Below, one piece after another: positions 18,773-26,885 of a stretch of 32,000 nt of DNA (the first letter of the stretch is position 1; each line of letters opens with the position of its first letter). The stretch lies in assembly GCA_905204915.1 (NCBI GenBank), contig CAJLBR010000002.1, positions 21,661 to 53,660 of the forward strand, written 5' to 3'. The position numbers and the translations under genes were made by a program. The notes under the pieces were generated by a model. That model was not told where the DNA came from. It did not search any database and saw only the letters and a program-made list of their open reading frames with translations. The DNA is from an uncultured Clostridium sp. Lineage in GTDB: Bacteria; Bacillota; Clostridia; TANB77; CAG-465.

Positions 18773-19468
18773 TTATTTTTTTCTAATTAAAATAAGTGGT
18801 GTTAATGTTTTTGCCTGACCAGCAGGATTATCTTTTATCATAGCCTTTAAGTTTTCCTCTGTTTCATCTATTGAATCTGCTTTTCCAAGTATCTCAACAT
18901 TAAAATCATTAGCATCGACTATCATACATTTTACGCCAGTTTTTTCATAAATTTCATTACAAACTCCAGTAGAGTTTTCTGGTATTCTTATTCCAAACTC
19001 AGCATAATCTTCAAATACATCACCATAGAATCCATCAAGTCCACTTATTTCTGGACCAACAATTTCATAAAACACTCCTCTTTTTCCAAATATTTTACAA
19101 AATCCACCTGCGATTGCTGCCCATAATACTTTCGCACGACCACATATCATTATTGCAAATTGCATTTTATATGGATTATCTACGCCAACACCAGCATCAC
19201 TTTTCATGGCAAATTTAGATAAGAATTTTGCCATTTTACTTACTTTTACGTCTTTTTTATATACAACTCTTTTTTGGCATAATCCTATTATTTTTTCACT
19301 TATTGAAATAATATCCCCATCTTCGTAGATTGGTTTTACATATTTTTCAATTATATCAATGTAATTTTCACCAATTTGAACATAGTGAGTTTCAATAGCA
19401 TGTCTTTTATAAGTTTTATCTCCTACTTTAATTTCTATTTTTTTATTTGGGTTTGCTTTAAATTCCAT
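18773..19468 (-). CDS. CofE-like (F420-0:gamma-glutamyl ligase fold) protein
   Basis: Resembles the clostridial CofE-family proteins I recall: GD(I)ISISEK...CQKR, FGKRGVFYEI, and IVDANDF near the C-terminus. First gene of the operon. Confidence 0.55.
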   Translation of the reverse strand: MEFKANPNKKIEIKVGDKTYKRHAIETHYVQIGENYIDIIEKYVKPIYEDGDIISISEKIIGLCQKRVVYKKDVKVSKMAKFLSKFAMKSDAGVGVDNPYKMQFAIMICGRAKVLWAAIAGGFCKIFGKRGVFYEIVGPEISGLDGFYGDVFEDYAEFGIRIPENSTGVCNEIYEKTGVKCMIVDANDFNVEILGKADSIDETEENLKAMIKDNPAGQAKTLTPLILIRKK

Positions 19469-19500
19469 ATGAATCCTTCTTTCTTAAAATACATAAAATA

Positions 19501-19529
19501 AGTATATTATATAAATAAAAAAAAGTCAA
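19501..19529 (-). promoter_or_regulatory. Possible SigA-type promoter for the CofE-like/VanW/VirD4 operon
   Basis: Minus strand TTGACT (19529..19524), 17 nt, TATACT (19506..19501). Confidence 0.35.
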
Positions 19530-19561
19530 TAAACAGCCGGTATTTTAGGACTAAATTTATA

Positions 19562-19593
19562 AGAAAAAAGAGAGAATGATTATCATCATCCTC
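19562..19593 (-). terminator. Intrinsic terminator of the unclassified RNA
   Basis: Minus-strand RNA GAGGAUGAU-GAUA-AUCAUUCUC forms 9 bp (one G-U) followed by UCUUUUUUCUU. The same position would be an A-C mismatch on the plus strand, which supports minus orientation. Confidence 0.65.
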
Positions 19594-19838
19594 CCTTAAT
19601 TTTGATACACCAGTACACTACCTTTTGGCAGTAACTCCGTTTTGCATTAACACACAAAACTGTATATCATATTATTCCGTGCAAAATTCAAAATCACCTG
19701 ACCTTTGATATTTAAATTTTACCAAATAATCACATAAAATCGGCGTTATGCAAAATATATGGTGGCACGGGTATATAAGTTCCTTTCGGAACATATATAA
19801 CATAAATCAAATTATTGATTTCCATTTTCTCTTTCTTT
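19562..19838 (-). ncRNA. Unclassified structured RNA candidate (~275 nt): sRNA or cis-regulatory leader
   Basis: Bounded by a perfect consensus promoter and an intrinsic terminator. No ORF of 60 aa or more. Several hand-foldable hairpins, including a GAAA-tetraloop stem at 19772..19799. Confidence 0.45.
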
Positions 19839-19844
19839 AAAAAT

Positions 19845-19873
19845 ATTATAGCAAAAACATATAGAATTGTCAA
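19845..19873 (-). promoter_or_regulatory. Perfect consensus SigA promoter
   Basis: Minus strand TTGACA (19873..19868), exactly 17 nt, TATAAT (19850..19845). Lies 14 nt downstream of the stop of the preceding gene. Confidence 0.6.
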
Positions 19874-19886
19874 CATTTTATGTTAA

Positions 19887-20198
19887 TTAGTCTACAAAAC
19901 TTGTATGTTTAACCTTCCATTTTTCTAGAGCTATACCAACCCAAAAACTATATATTCCAAGTGTAATAATGCAAAGTAAAAGCCATTTTATCCAATTTCC
20001 AAAAAGTCCTACAGCTGATCCATCAAACTTTAATCTTTTTCCATTAATTACCGTATGTTTTGTTTTCCATGAATACACCATGCAAACTGCCCACGGATAA
20101 CAGATTCCAAAAGTGCAAACTGTAACTAATCCTCCTAATATTTTCCATCCTATTAATTGTAAAAGCCCACCATCAAAATAAGATTGCCCCTCACTCAT
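19887..20198 (-). CDS. Small two/three-TM membrane protein, possibly DUF898/YjgN-like
   Basis: AAGGAG RBS. Repeated TxGI(C/Y)xxW-type motif (TFGICYPWA, TLGIYSFWV). Confidence 0.55.
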   Translation of the reverse strand: MSEGQSYFDGGLLQLIGWKILGGLVTVCTFGICYPWAVCMVYSWKTKHTVINGKRLKFDGSAVGLFGNWIKWLLLCIITLGIYSFWVGIALEKWKVKHTSFVD

Positions 20199-20284
20199 AA
20201 AATCATCTCCTTAATAAATATATACTATATTATATTTTATAGTACTAAATTTTTCAACAAATTATCTAATTATATGATTAAAAT

Positions 20285-20313
20285 AAACAAAAAAGAATCC
20301 ACAAAGTGGATTC
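20285..20313 (-). terminator. Intrinsic terminator after RNase P RNA
   Basis: Stem GAATCCAC / GTGGATTC with a 3-nt loop, then TTTTTTGTTT on the minus strand. Confidence 0.7.
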
Positions 20314-20643
20314 TTCAAGCATTTCGTAAGCCGGATTCTGTTTTAAATAGTCATTTATCTTGAACTAGTATTGCTACTAATCTCTAGCCACCAACCACGA
20401 AAGATGGCGGGCCACCTTAACCTTTCTCATCTGGTGTTGCACCGAGTGGGGTTTACACTATCCATATGTCTCCATACGGATCCGTAAGCTCTTACCTCAC
20501 GTTTTCACCCTTACCGATAAAATCGGCGGTTATTTTCTGTTGCACTTTCCTTAGGATCACTCCCACTAGACGTTATCTAGCACCCTTGCCCTATGGTGTC
20601 CGGACTTTCCTCATACCAAAGGTACGCGACTATTTGAAATACT
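20314..20643 (-). ncRNA. rnpB: RNase P RNA (M1 RNA)
   Basis: Minus strand carries GAGGAAAGUCCGGAC, ACAGAAAAUAACCGCC, GGUAAGGGUGAAA, GUAAACCCCAC and ACAGAAUCCGGCUUA universal-core motifs. P1 pairing UUCAA...UUGAA. Ends are approximate. Confidence 0.9.
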
Positions 20644-20650
20644 TATGATA

Positions 20651-20679
20651 ATTATATCACGTTTAAAACGTTATGTAAA
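20651..20679 (-). promoter_or_regulatory. SigA-type promoter for rnpB
   Basis: Minus strand TTTACA (20679..20674), 17 nt, TGATATAAT (-10 at 20656..20651). Confidence 0.55.
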
Positions 20680-20691
20680 GGATAAATGCCC

Positions 20692-20721
20692 TAAAAAAAG
20701 GCGTAGATTTTTATCTACACC
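20692..20721 (-). terminator. Intrinsic terminator after the 143-aa gene
   Basis: Minus-strand stem GGUGUAGAU / AUCUACGCC (one G-U) followed by U7. Confidence 0.6.
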
Positions 20722-20745
20722 TTGATTTTAACGTTTAAAGCGTCA

Positions 20746-21177
20746 TTATTTAACTTTACATTTCAATTTTGGCTTCTTTAACTTCTTTTCAAGTGAGTCA
20801 TAAATACGTCTTGCATATTCGCCTTTTTTATCACTTAGTGCGAGCATAACATTAAGATTGTACCTGTTATCTGTTATTACATTGCCTACATTTTTCATTT
20901 TTATGCCGTTTTTTTCACAGATTTCAACGTATTCTTTTGTTATTTCTGCATTTTTATTATATTTACTCTCTCCCGGAGAAAAGAGATCCAAAACAGAATA
21001 TGAAACACCAGATATAATAAATTCATCAAAGTACCTATACTGTACCATGAAATAAGCATTCATTTCATCTTGTACCTTAGTATCTTCAAGATAGTATCTG
21101 ATTTGGATGCCACGACTTTTTTGTATAACACAGCCTGTACCCACCTCACTCTTAAGAACTTTAAGAATTGCAAACAT
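20746..21177 (-). CDS. Hypothetical cytoplasmic protein (143 aa)
   Basis: Perfect AGGAGG RBS 8 nt upstream. Own terminator. No motif I recognise. Lys-rich C-terminus. Confidence 0.65.
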   Translation of the reverse strand: MFAILKVLKSEVGTGCVIQKSRGIQIRYYLEDTKVQDEMNAYFMVQYRYFDEFIISGVSYSVLDLFSPGESKYNKNAEITKEYVEICEKNGIKMKNVGNVITDNRYNLNVMLALSDKKGEYARRIYDSLEKKLKKPKLKCKVK

Positions 21178-21250
21178 TCTTTTTACCTCCTAGTTTTAAA
21201 TTATTAAACTAATTTTTTTACAGTGCCATAGATTATAACATAAAATTAGT

Positions 21251-21283
21251 AAAAAAACAACCCGGATAATTTATTTATCCGAG
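21251..21283 (-). terminator. Intrinsic terminator after gyrA
   Basis: Minus-strand stem CUCGGAUAA / UUAUCCGGG followed by UUGUUUUUUU. Confidence 0.6.
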
Positions 21284-21295
21284 TTATTCAATATT

Positions 21296-23746
21296 TTATT
21301 CTTCGATATTTGCATCTTCTTCTGGTACTTTTGCAATATTTACAACTTTTCCACCATCAGAAGTTCTCATTAAAGTAACCCCTTGAGTATTTCTTCCAAG
21401 TACACTAATATCTTTAACATTGATTCTTATTATAACACCTGTATCAGTTATCATCATAACATCATCAGTATCTTTAACAATCTCAATTCCTATTATATGT
21501 CCAGTTTTATTAGTAGTTTTATAAGTTAAAATTCCTTTTCCACTTCTTGCTTGAGTTCTATACTCTTCTACTTCAGTTCTTTTTCCAAAACCATTTTCAG
21601 TTATAGCTAAGACATAATCATTATTTGATGTTACTGGTTCCATTCCAACAACTTTATCATCTTTTCCAAGATTTATACCTTTAACTCCCATTGAAGTTCT
21701 TCCAACAGCTCTTACCTCTTCTTCGGCAAATCTTATAGATAATCCTTCTCTTGTTACCATGATAACGTCGCTCTTTCCATCAGTAAGTCTTACATCTATT
21801 AACTCATCGTCTTCTTTTAATGTAATGCCTTGAATTCCTGACTTTCTTATATTGCTATATTCTTCTAATCTAGTTTTCTTAACAAGACCGTTTCTAGTAG
21901 CCATAAGAACATAAAGTTCAGCATTATAATCTTTTACTGGTATTACAGCAGCTATTTTTTCTCCTTGAGATAATTGTAATAAGTTTACAATTGCTGTTCC
22001 CTTAGCAGTTCTACTTGCTTCTGGTAGTTCATACGCTTTAAGTCTAAATGCTCTACCAGTATTAGTAAAGAACATAATATAATCATGCGTAGAAGTTATA
22101 AATAAGTGTTCTACAAAGTCTTCCTCACGAGTACTCATAGCAGTAAGACCTTTTCCACCACGTCTTTGACTTCTATATGCATCAACAGATATTCTCTTTA
22201 CATATCCAAAGTGTGTTAAAGTAACGACATTAGTTTCTTCTTTAATTAAACTTTCTATGTCGATTTCTCCTTCACCGTGTGTAATTTCTGTTTTTCTTTC
22301 ATCTCCATATTGATTTTTTAATTCAATAAGTTCATCTTTAATAATATTTTTTACAAGCTCTTCACTACCTAAAATTTCTTTTAAGTGAGCAATTAATTTT
22401 ACAAGATTATTGTATTCATCTTCAATTTTTTCTCTTTGTAGACCTTGTAGTGTTCTAAGTTTCATTTCCAAAATAGCAGTTGCTTGGATCTCAGAAAGTC
22501 CAAAAGTCTCCATAAGTCTTTGTTGTGCATTATCATAAGATTCTCTTATTACTCTTATTATTTCATCTATATGATCTAATGCAATTCTTAAACCTTCTAA
22601 AATATGTAGTCTTGCTTCTGCTTTTGCCAAATCAAATTTTGTTCTACGTACTACAACGTTCTCTCTATGTTTAATGTATTCAGCCAATATTTCATTTAGT
22701 TTTAATACCTTTGGTTGTCCATCAACTAAAGCTAACATTAACATACTTTGAGTAGCTTGAAGTTGTGTATGTTTATATAATAAATTTAAAACAACATTTG
22801 GATTAGCATCTCTTTTTAATTCAATTACAATTCTTAGTCCATCTCTATCAGATTCATCTCTTAAATCTGAAATACCTTCTATAACCTTAAGACCTACTAA
22901 TTTTGCAATATTTTCTACAAGAGCAGCTTTGTTAACTTGATATGGAATTTCTGTAACTATTATTCTATATCTTCCTCTGTTGTCTTCCTCTATTTCAGCT
23001 CTAGCTCTTAAGCATACTTTTCCTCTACCAGTTGTATAAGCTTGTTTTATTCCTTCTTTTCCAAGAATTATACCAGCAGTTGGAAAATCTGGTCCCTTAA
23101 TATAATTCATTAATTCTTCATTAGTTATATCAGGGTTATCAATTTGAGCAATAGTTCCATTAATTACTTCTGTTAAATTATGTGGAGGTATGTTACATGC
23201 CATACCAACAGCAATACCATAAGCTCCATTAATTAAAAGATATGGTAATTTTGCAGGTAAAACTGATGGCTCTTTTAATCTATCATCATAGTTTGGTACA
23301 AAATCTACTGTATCCTTATCAAGATCTGTTAACATTTCAAGTGCTATCTTTTGTAACTTTGCTTCTGTATACCTCATTGCGGCTGGTGGATCATTATCTA
23401 TTGACCCAAAGTTACCATGTCCATTTACTACAGGATATCTTAATGAAAAGTCCTGAGATAAACGTACCAAAGCATCATATATAGCAGCATCACCATGTGG
23501 GTGGTAGTTACCCATAACGTCACCAACAATACTAGCTGATTTTCTAAATGGTTTTTCTGGCCATAGTGATAATTCATTCATTACATATAAAATTCTTCTA
23601 TGTACCGGTTTTAGTCCATCTCTAACATCTGGTAAAGCACGAGATACAATTACACTCATTGCATAATCGATGTAAGATTTCTTCATTTCGTCTTCTATTT
23701 TAACTGGTACTATCTTTTGTGCATCTAAAAAATTCTGTTCATCCAT
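21296..23746 (-). CDS. gyrA: DNA gyrase subunit A
   Basis: N-terminal [31 protein letters not shown], the QRDR region, and GyrA-box QRRGGKG in the C-terminal beta-pinwheel. The GyrA-box argues against ParC. Confidence 0.95.
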   Translation of the reverse strand: MDEQNFLDAQKIVPVKIEDEMKKSYIDYAMSVIVSRALPDVRDGLKPVHRRILYVMNELSLWPEKPFRKSASIVGDVMGNYHPHGDAAIYDALVRLSQDFSLRYPVVNGHGNFGSIDNDPPAAMRYTEAKLQKIALEMLTDLDKDTVDFVPNYDDRLKEPSVLPAKLPYLLINGAYGIAVGMACNIPPHNLTEVINGTIAQIDNPDITNEELMNYIKGPDFPTAGIILGKEGIKQAYTTGRGKVCLRARAEIEEDNRGRYRIIVTEIPYQVNKAALVENIAKLVGLKVIEGISDLRDESDRDGLRIVIELKRDANPNVVLNLLYKHTQLQATQSMLMLALVDGQPKVLKLNEILAEYIKHRENVVVRRTKFDLAKAEARLHILEGLRIALDHIDEIIRVIRESYDNAQQRLMETFGLSEIQATAILEMKLRTLQGLQREKIEDEYNNLVKLIAHLKEILGSEELVKNIIKDELIELKNQYGDERKTEITHGEGEIDIESLIKEETNVVTLTHFGYVKRISVDAYRSQRRGGKGLTAMSTREEDFVEHLFITSTHDYIMFFTNTGRAFRLKAYELPEASRTAKGTAIVNLLQLSQGEKIAAVIPVKDYNAELYVLMATRNGLVKKTRLEEYSNIRKSGIQGITLKEDDELIDVRLTDGKSDVIMVTREGLSIRFAEEEVRAVGRTSMGVKGINLGKDDKVVGMEPVTSNNDYVLAITENGFGKRTEVEEYRTQARSGKGILTYKTTNKTGHIIGIEIVKDTDDVMMITDTGVIIRINVKDISVLGRNTQGVTLMRTSDGGKVVNIAKVPEEDANIEE

Positions 23747-23815
23747 TTAATATTACCCCCATCTTATGTCTTACCCTATTATACAAGAAAAAAATTAAAA
23801 TTGCAAGTAAGAATA

Positions 23816-23843
23816 TTGAAAAATGCAGATTTTATGATATAAT
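23816..23843 (+). promoter_or_regulatory. SigA-type promoter with extended -10
   Basis: TTGAAA (23816..23821), 16 nt, TGATATAAT (-10 at 23838..23843). Confidence 0.5.
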
Positions 23844-23881
23844 GAAATAAACTTGTAAAAGTGTCATAAAAGGAGCAATAT

Positions 23882-24814
23882 ATGAAATATAAAAATTATT
23901 ACGAAATACTAAATGTAAACAGAAAAAGTTCAATGCAAGATATAAAATTGTCATATAGAAAACTAGCAAAAATGTACCATCCTGATACTAGCAAAGAAGA
24001 AAATGCAGAAGAAAAATTTAAGGATGTAAATGAAGCCTATGATGTATTAACTAATGACGAAAAAAGAAGAAAATATGATAGACAAGTACACAAATATGGA
24101 TATGGAATGGTAGAGTCTGATGATAGTCTATCTAATATAAAATATGAATTTAAAAGTGGCGTTAATGTTATAAATGATTTACTTACAACTATACTAGGAT
24201 TCAAGAAAGATGAAGCCCAAAACTTTGGTGATATAAATAATGCGCCAAATGAAGAAAGAAAACAAAAACAAAAAGCTGTTAAAGGAACTGATATTGAAAC
24301 AAACTTAGAAGTAACTCTAGAAGAGGGTTATTATGGAGTTGAAAAGAAAATTGCAATTAAAGGTTATAGAAGTGGGTTAAAAACATTTTCAGTTAATGTT
24401 CCTATAGGAATCAAAAATGGTGATAAAATTAGACTTGCAGCGCTAGGCAATCCTGGTAAGAATGGTGGCAAGAATGGTGATTTAATAATAACCGTTAAGA
24501 TAGTTGAAAATCCAGAATTTAAACTTGATGGAATAAATTTAATAAAAGATATTACCATTACACCTGCATTTGCAGCTGTAGGAGGAAAATATAAATTAAC
24601 AGTATTCGGAGAAAAAGTATTTGTTACACTTCCAAAAGAATTGAAAAACAAACAAATTATAACTGTTAAAGAACAAGGATATATTTCAGAAGACTCAAAA
24701 CGTGGAGACTTAAATTTAAGAATAAATATAGATATGCCAGATTCTCTTAGTGAAAGAGAAATTAAATTATATGAACAATTATTAAAAATAGAAAATAAGA
24801 AAAAAGCAAACTAG
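23882..24814 (+). CDS. cbpA: DnaJ-class co-chaperone lacking the zinc-finger domain (CbpA-like)
   Basis: J-domain YYEILNV...YRKLAKMYHPD. DnaJ C-terminal beta domains (GTDIETNLEVTLEE, GDLIITVKI). No CxxCxGxG repeats. Confidence 0.75.
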   Translation: MKYKNYYEILNVNRKSSMQDIKLSYRKLAKMYHPDTSKEENAEEKFKDVNEAYDVLTNDEKRRKYDRQVHKYGYGMVESDDSLSNIKYEFKSGVNVINDLLTTILGFKKDEAQNFGDINNAPNEERKQKQKAVKGTDIETNLEVTLEEGYYGVEKKIAIKGYRSGLKTFSVNVPIGIKNGDKIRLAALGNPGKNGGKNGDLIITVKIVENPEFKLDGINLIKDITITPAFAAVGGKYKLTVFGEKVFVTLPKELKNKQIITVKEQGYISEDSKRGDLNLRINIDMPDSLSEREIKLYEQLLKIENKKKAN

Positions 24815-24834
24815 TGGGGTACTTATATACTCCA

Positions 24835-25854
24835 CTAATTTATTTTCTTCTTTTTTAATCTGATATCTTCACCAACGAATTTACAAATAATAAAGTTCCC
24901 TATTAATCTTGACATTACTCTTTCATCATACTCTTTATAAAGATCGTTTAAAGTCAAGTTAGTAGAAATAAGTATTTTTTTATTATTTAAAATTCTAGTA
25001 TTTATAATATTAAAAAGTTCAGTAAATTTCATATTATTCATACTCTCTGTACCAAGATCATCGATAATTAACAAGTCAGAATCAAAAATTTTCTTATATT
25101 CAGAAGCCTCTTTGTTGTCCTTCTTATTAGAAAATTTATATTCTATAATTTTATCCATCAAAATTGGTGCAGTTTGATATACTACAGATTTATTATTTTT
25201 TATAAGTTTACCTGCTATACAATTAGCTAAAAATGTTTTTCCCAGTCCTGTATTTCCAGTAAATAATAAATTTTTTTGTTCTTTCAAATCAATGTTGTCA
25301 CAAAATTTTAGTGACAGTTTCCTTATTGCCTCTATGTTTTCTAATGGTGATTTATCAATTCCATATTTTTGCTTATCAGGATTTTTAGAATAAAATCCTA
25401 TATCAAAAGTTTCAAAATTTTCATCCTTAAGACTTAACATATTAGCTTCATTAAAACTCTCGTTTATTACTTGTTGTAAAAAGCATGAACAATATTTTGT
25501 ATTCTTTTTATCATCTAAAACAAAACCTGTATCATTGCAAAGCTTACAATCAAAGTCAGGTTCAAAGTCTTCAGGAGTATACCCTAACTTTTTTAGTTCT
25601 TTTTCTATTTTTTCCTCAAGAGATTTAATTTTTATTTGCAAATTTTCTTGTTCAATTTGTTTCTTTAATTCATCATGTGTTGTAAGAATAGTTCTAGTAA
25701 CTTCTAATCCCAATTGATTGATGCTTTCTTGAAGTTCTTGCAATTTAGGATCTTTATTAAACACACTATCTTTCTTATATTTAGCTGCCCTAATTTTTTC
25801 GTCTCTTTTACTATCATATTCTGCTTTGACTTTTGCATATGCTTCATTATTCAT
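24835..25854 (-). CDS. DnaC/DnaI-type replicative helicase loader (AAA+)
   Basis: N-terminal Cys-rich module (CKLCNDTGF...YCSC), Walker A GNTGLGKTFL, Walker B LLIIDDLG. ATG 25854 is preferred (GGAG 9 nt upstream); the ORF-track start at 25869 is TTG. Confidence 0.85.
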   Translation of the reverse strand: MNNEAYAKVKAEYDSKRDEKIRAAKYKKDSVFNKDPKLQELQESINQLGLEVTRTILTTHDELKKQIEQENLQIKIKSLEEKIEKELKKLGYTPEDFEPDFDCKLCNDTGFVLDDKKNTKYCSCFLQQVINESFNEANMLSLKDENFETFDIGFYSKNPDKQKYGIDKSPLENIEAIRKLSLKFCDNIDLKEQKNLLFTGNTGLGKTFLANCIAGKLIKNNKSVVYQTAPILMDKIIEYKFSNKKDNKEASEYKKIFDSDLLIIDDLGTESMNNMKFTELFNIINTRILNNKKILISTNLTLNDLYKEYDERVMSRLIGNFIICKFVGEDIRLKKKKIN

Positions 25855-25872
25855 ACTAAAAATCTCCAATCA

Positions 25873-26823
25873 TTAAACATTATCATAAAAAGATTCTAAG
25901 TCATCATAAGTTCTTTGCTCATAGCTTTGGTATTTTGTTTTTGGAACTGTTTTTTTAGTAGTAGTAACTGTCTTTTTAGTTTCTTTTTGTTCTACATCTT
26001 CAACTGTTTTAACACCTTTTTTGTGCCAATTGCTTATTATACCATTTATATAACTTATAGTAGGATTGCAAATATTAACAGTTCTTTTTAATGCTTCTTC
26101 AATTATATCTATACCATATCCATAGTCTTTTATCCAAGTATCCACATATTTTTCTTCATATGTTGTAAGATTTCTATTTAGTTTTAAATTCTTAACAATT
26201 TTTTGTTTTATCTTTTGAATCTTGTCATAATTTTCAAAATAGTCTTCTAGATCTTCAAATGATTTTACTCCAGCCTTATACCATCCTTCTGCAACCGCAT
26301 GAACATATTTTTTAGTAAGAGCATTTTTTTCCTGACAGTAATGAAACAAAGCAATCATTACTTCCTCAGAGAACATGTAATTATCAAACATGGCACCAAT
26401 ATCAGAATACCATCCTATAGACATTATTCCTTGGAAAAAGCTTTCATTAATTGCATACGTTGCAGCAATTCTCTTTTTCTCAATTTCAGTTTGCTCTTTA
26501 TTTTTCTTGTTTGCCATTTTAGGAATATAAGATTTATTTATCTCAACTTCCTTCAAATCAGCCAAACTATATCCATGAGTATTTTTTATAACTAATCCTT
26601 CAACTTGAAGCCTATCTAGACTAAATCCCAGCTCTTGTTCTGTTATTCCCAAACGTTTTGCAAGAGCAGCATTTTCTATTTCTAATCCTCTTTTAGCTAT
26701 AAAATTTAAATATAAGTACAATTTAACATCAGTTCCTTCTAAAGAACTCATATAATTTAGTACAAATAAGTCTGGCACTTCAATATCACTTAGTTCCAGC
26801 TTGCTTTTCTGTGAAATTTTCAT
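25873..26823 (-). CDS. DnaD-domain replication initiation/primosome protein (DnaB/DnaD-like)
   Basis: Winged-helix N-terminus and DnaD-like repeats (...ALFHYCQEKN..., IISNWHKKGVKT). Upstream partner of the loader gene, as in Firmicute dnaB-dnaI. Confidence 0.75.
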   Translation of the reverse strand: MKISQKSKLELSDIEVPDLFVLNYMSSLEGTDVKLYLYLNFIAKRGLEIENAALAKRLGITEQELGFSLDRLQVEGLVIKNTHGYSLADLKEVEINKSYIPKMANKKNKEQTEIEKKRIAATYAINESFFQGIMSIGWYSDIGAMFDNYMFSEEVMIALFHYCQEKNALTKKYVHAVAEGWYKAGVKSFEDLEDYFENYDKIQKIKQKIVKNLKLNRNLTTYEEKYVDTWIKDYGYGIDIIEEALKRTVNICNPTISYINGIISNWHKKGVKTVEDVEQKETKKTVTTTKKTVPKTKYQSYEQRTYDDLESFYDNV

Positions 26824-26856
26824 GACACATATACCTCTTTCAATTTTGTAGAATAA

Positions 26857-26885
26857 ATTATATCATTTATTCTTTTAATTTACAA
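26857..26885 (-). promoter_or_regulatory. SigA-type promoter for the DnaD-like/loader pair
   Basis: Minus strand TTGTAA (26885..26880), 17 nt, TGATATAAT (-10 at 26862..26857). Confidence 0.5.

Noticed and set aside
19761-19799. Plus-strand GGTGGCACGGG, resembling the T-box core (GGGTGGTACCGCG), followed by a hairpin that could look like a T-box terminator
   Set aside because: There is no plus-strand gene downstream. The match to the highly conserved T-box sequence is partial. The hairpin lacks a following U-run. The flanking promoter and terminator evidence is all on the minus strand.
20466-20648. 60-aa plus-strand ORF
   Set aside because: It lies entirely within the RNase P RNA gene on the opposite strand, so it is an artefact of the GC-richer structured RNA.
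21296-23746. Possibility that the 816-aa topoisomerase subunit is ParC rather than GyrA
   Set aside because: The canonical GyrA-box (QRRGGKG) is present at the start of the C-terminal domain. This motif is diagnostic of GyrA.
26135-26150. DnaA-box-like sequence (TATCCACAT) suggesting an origin near the replication genes
   Set aside because: It is a single imperfect copy inside the DnaD-like coding region. There is no cluster of boxes or AT-rich unwinding element in an intergenic region.
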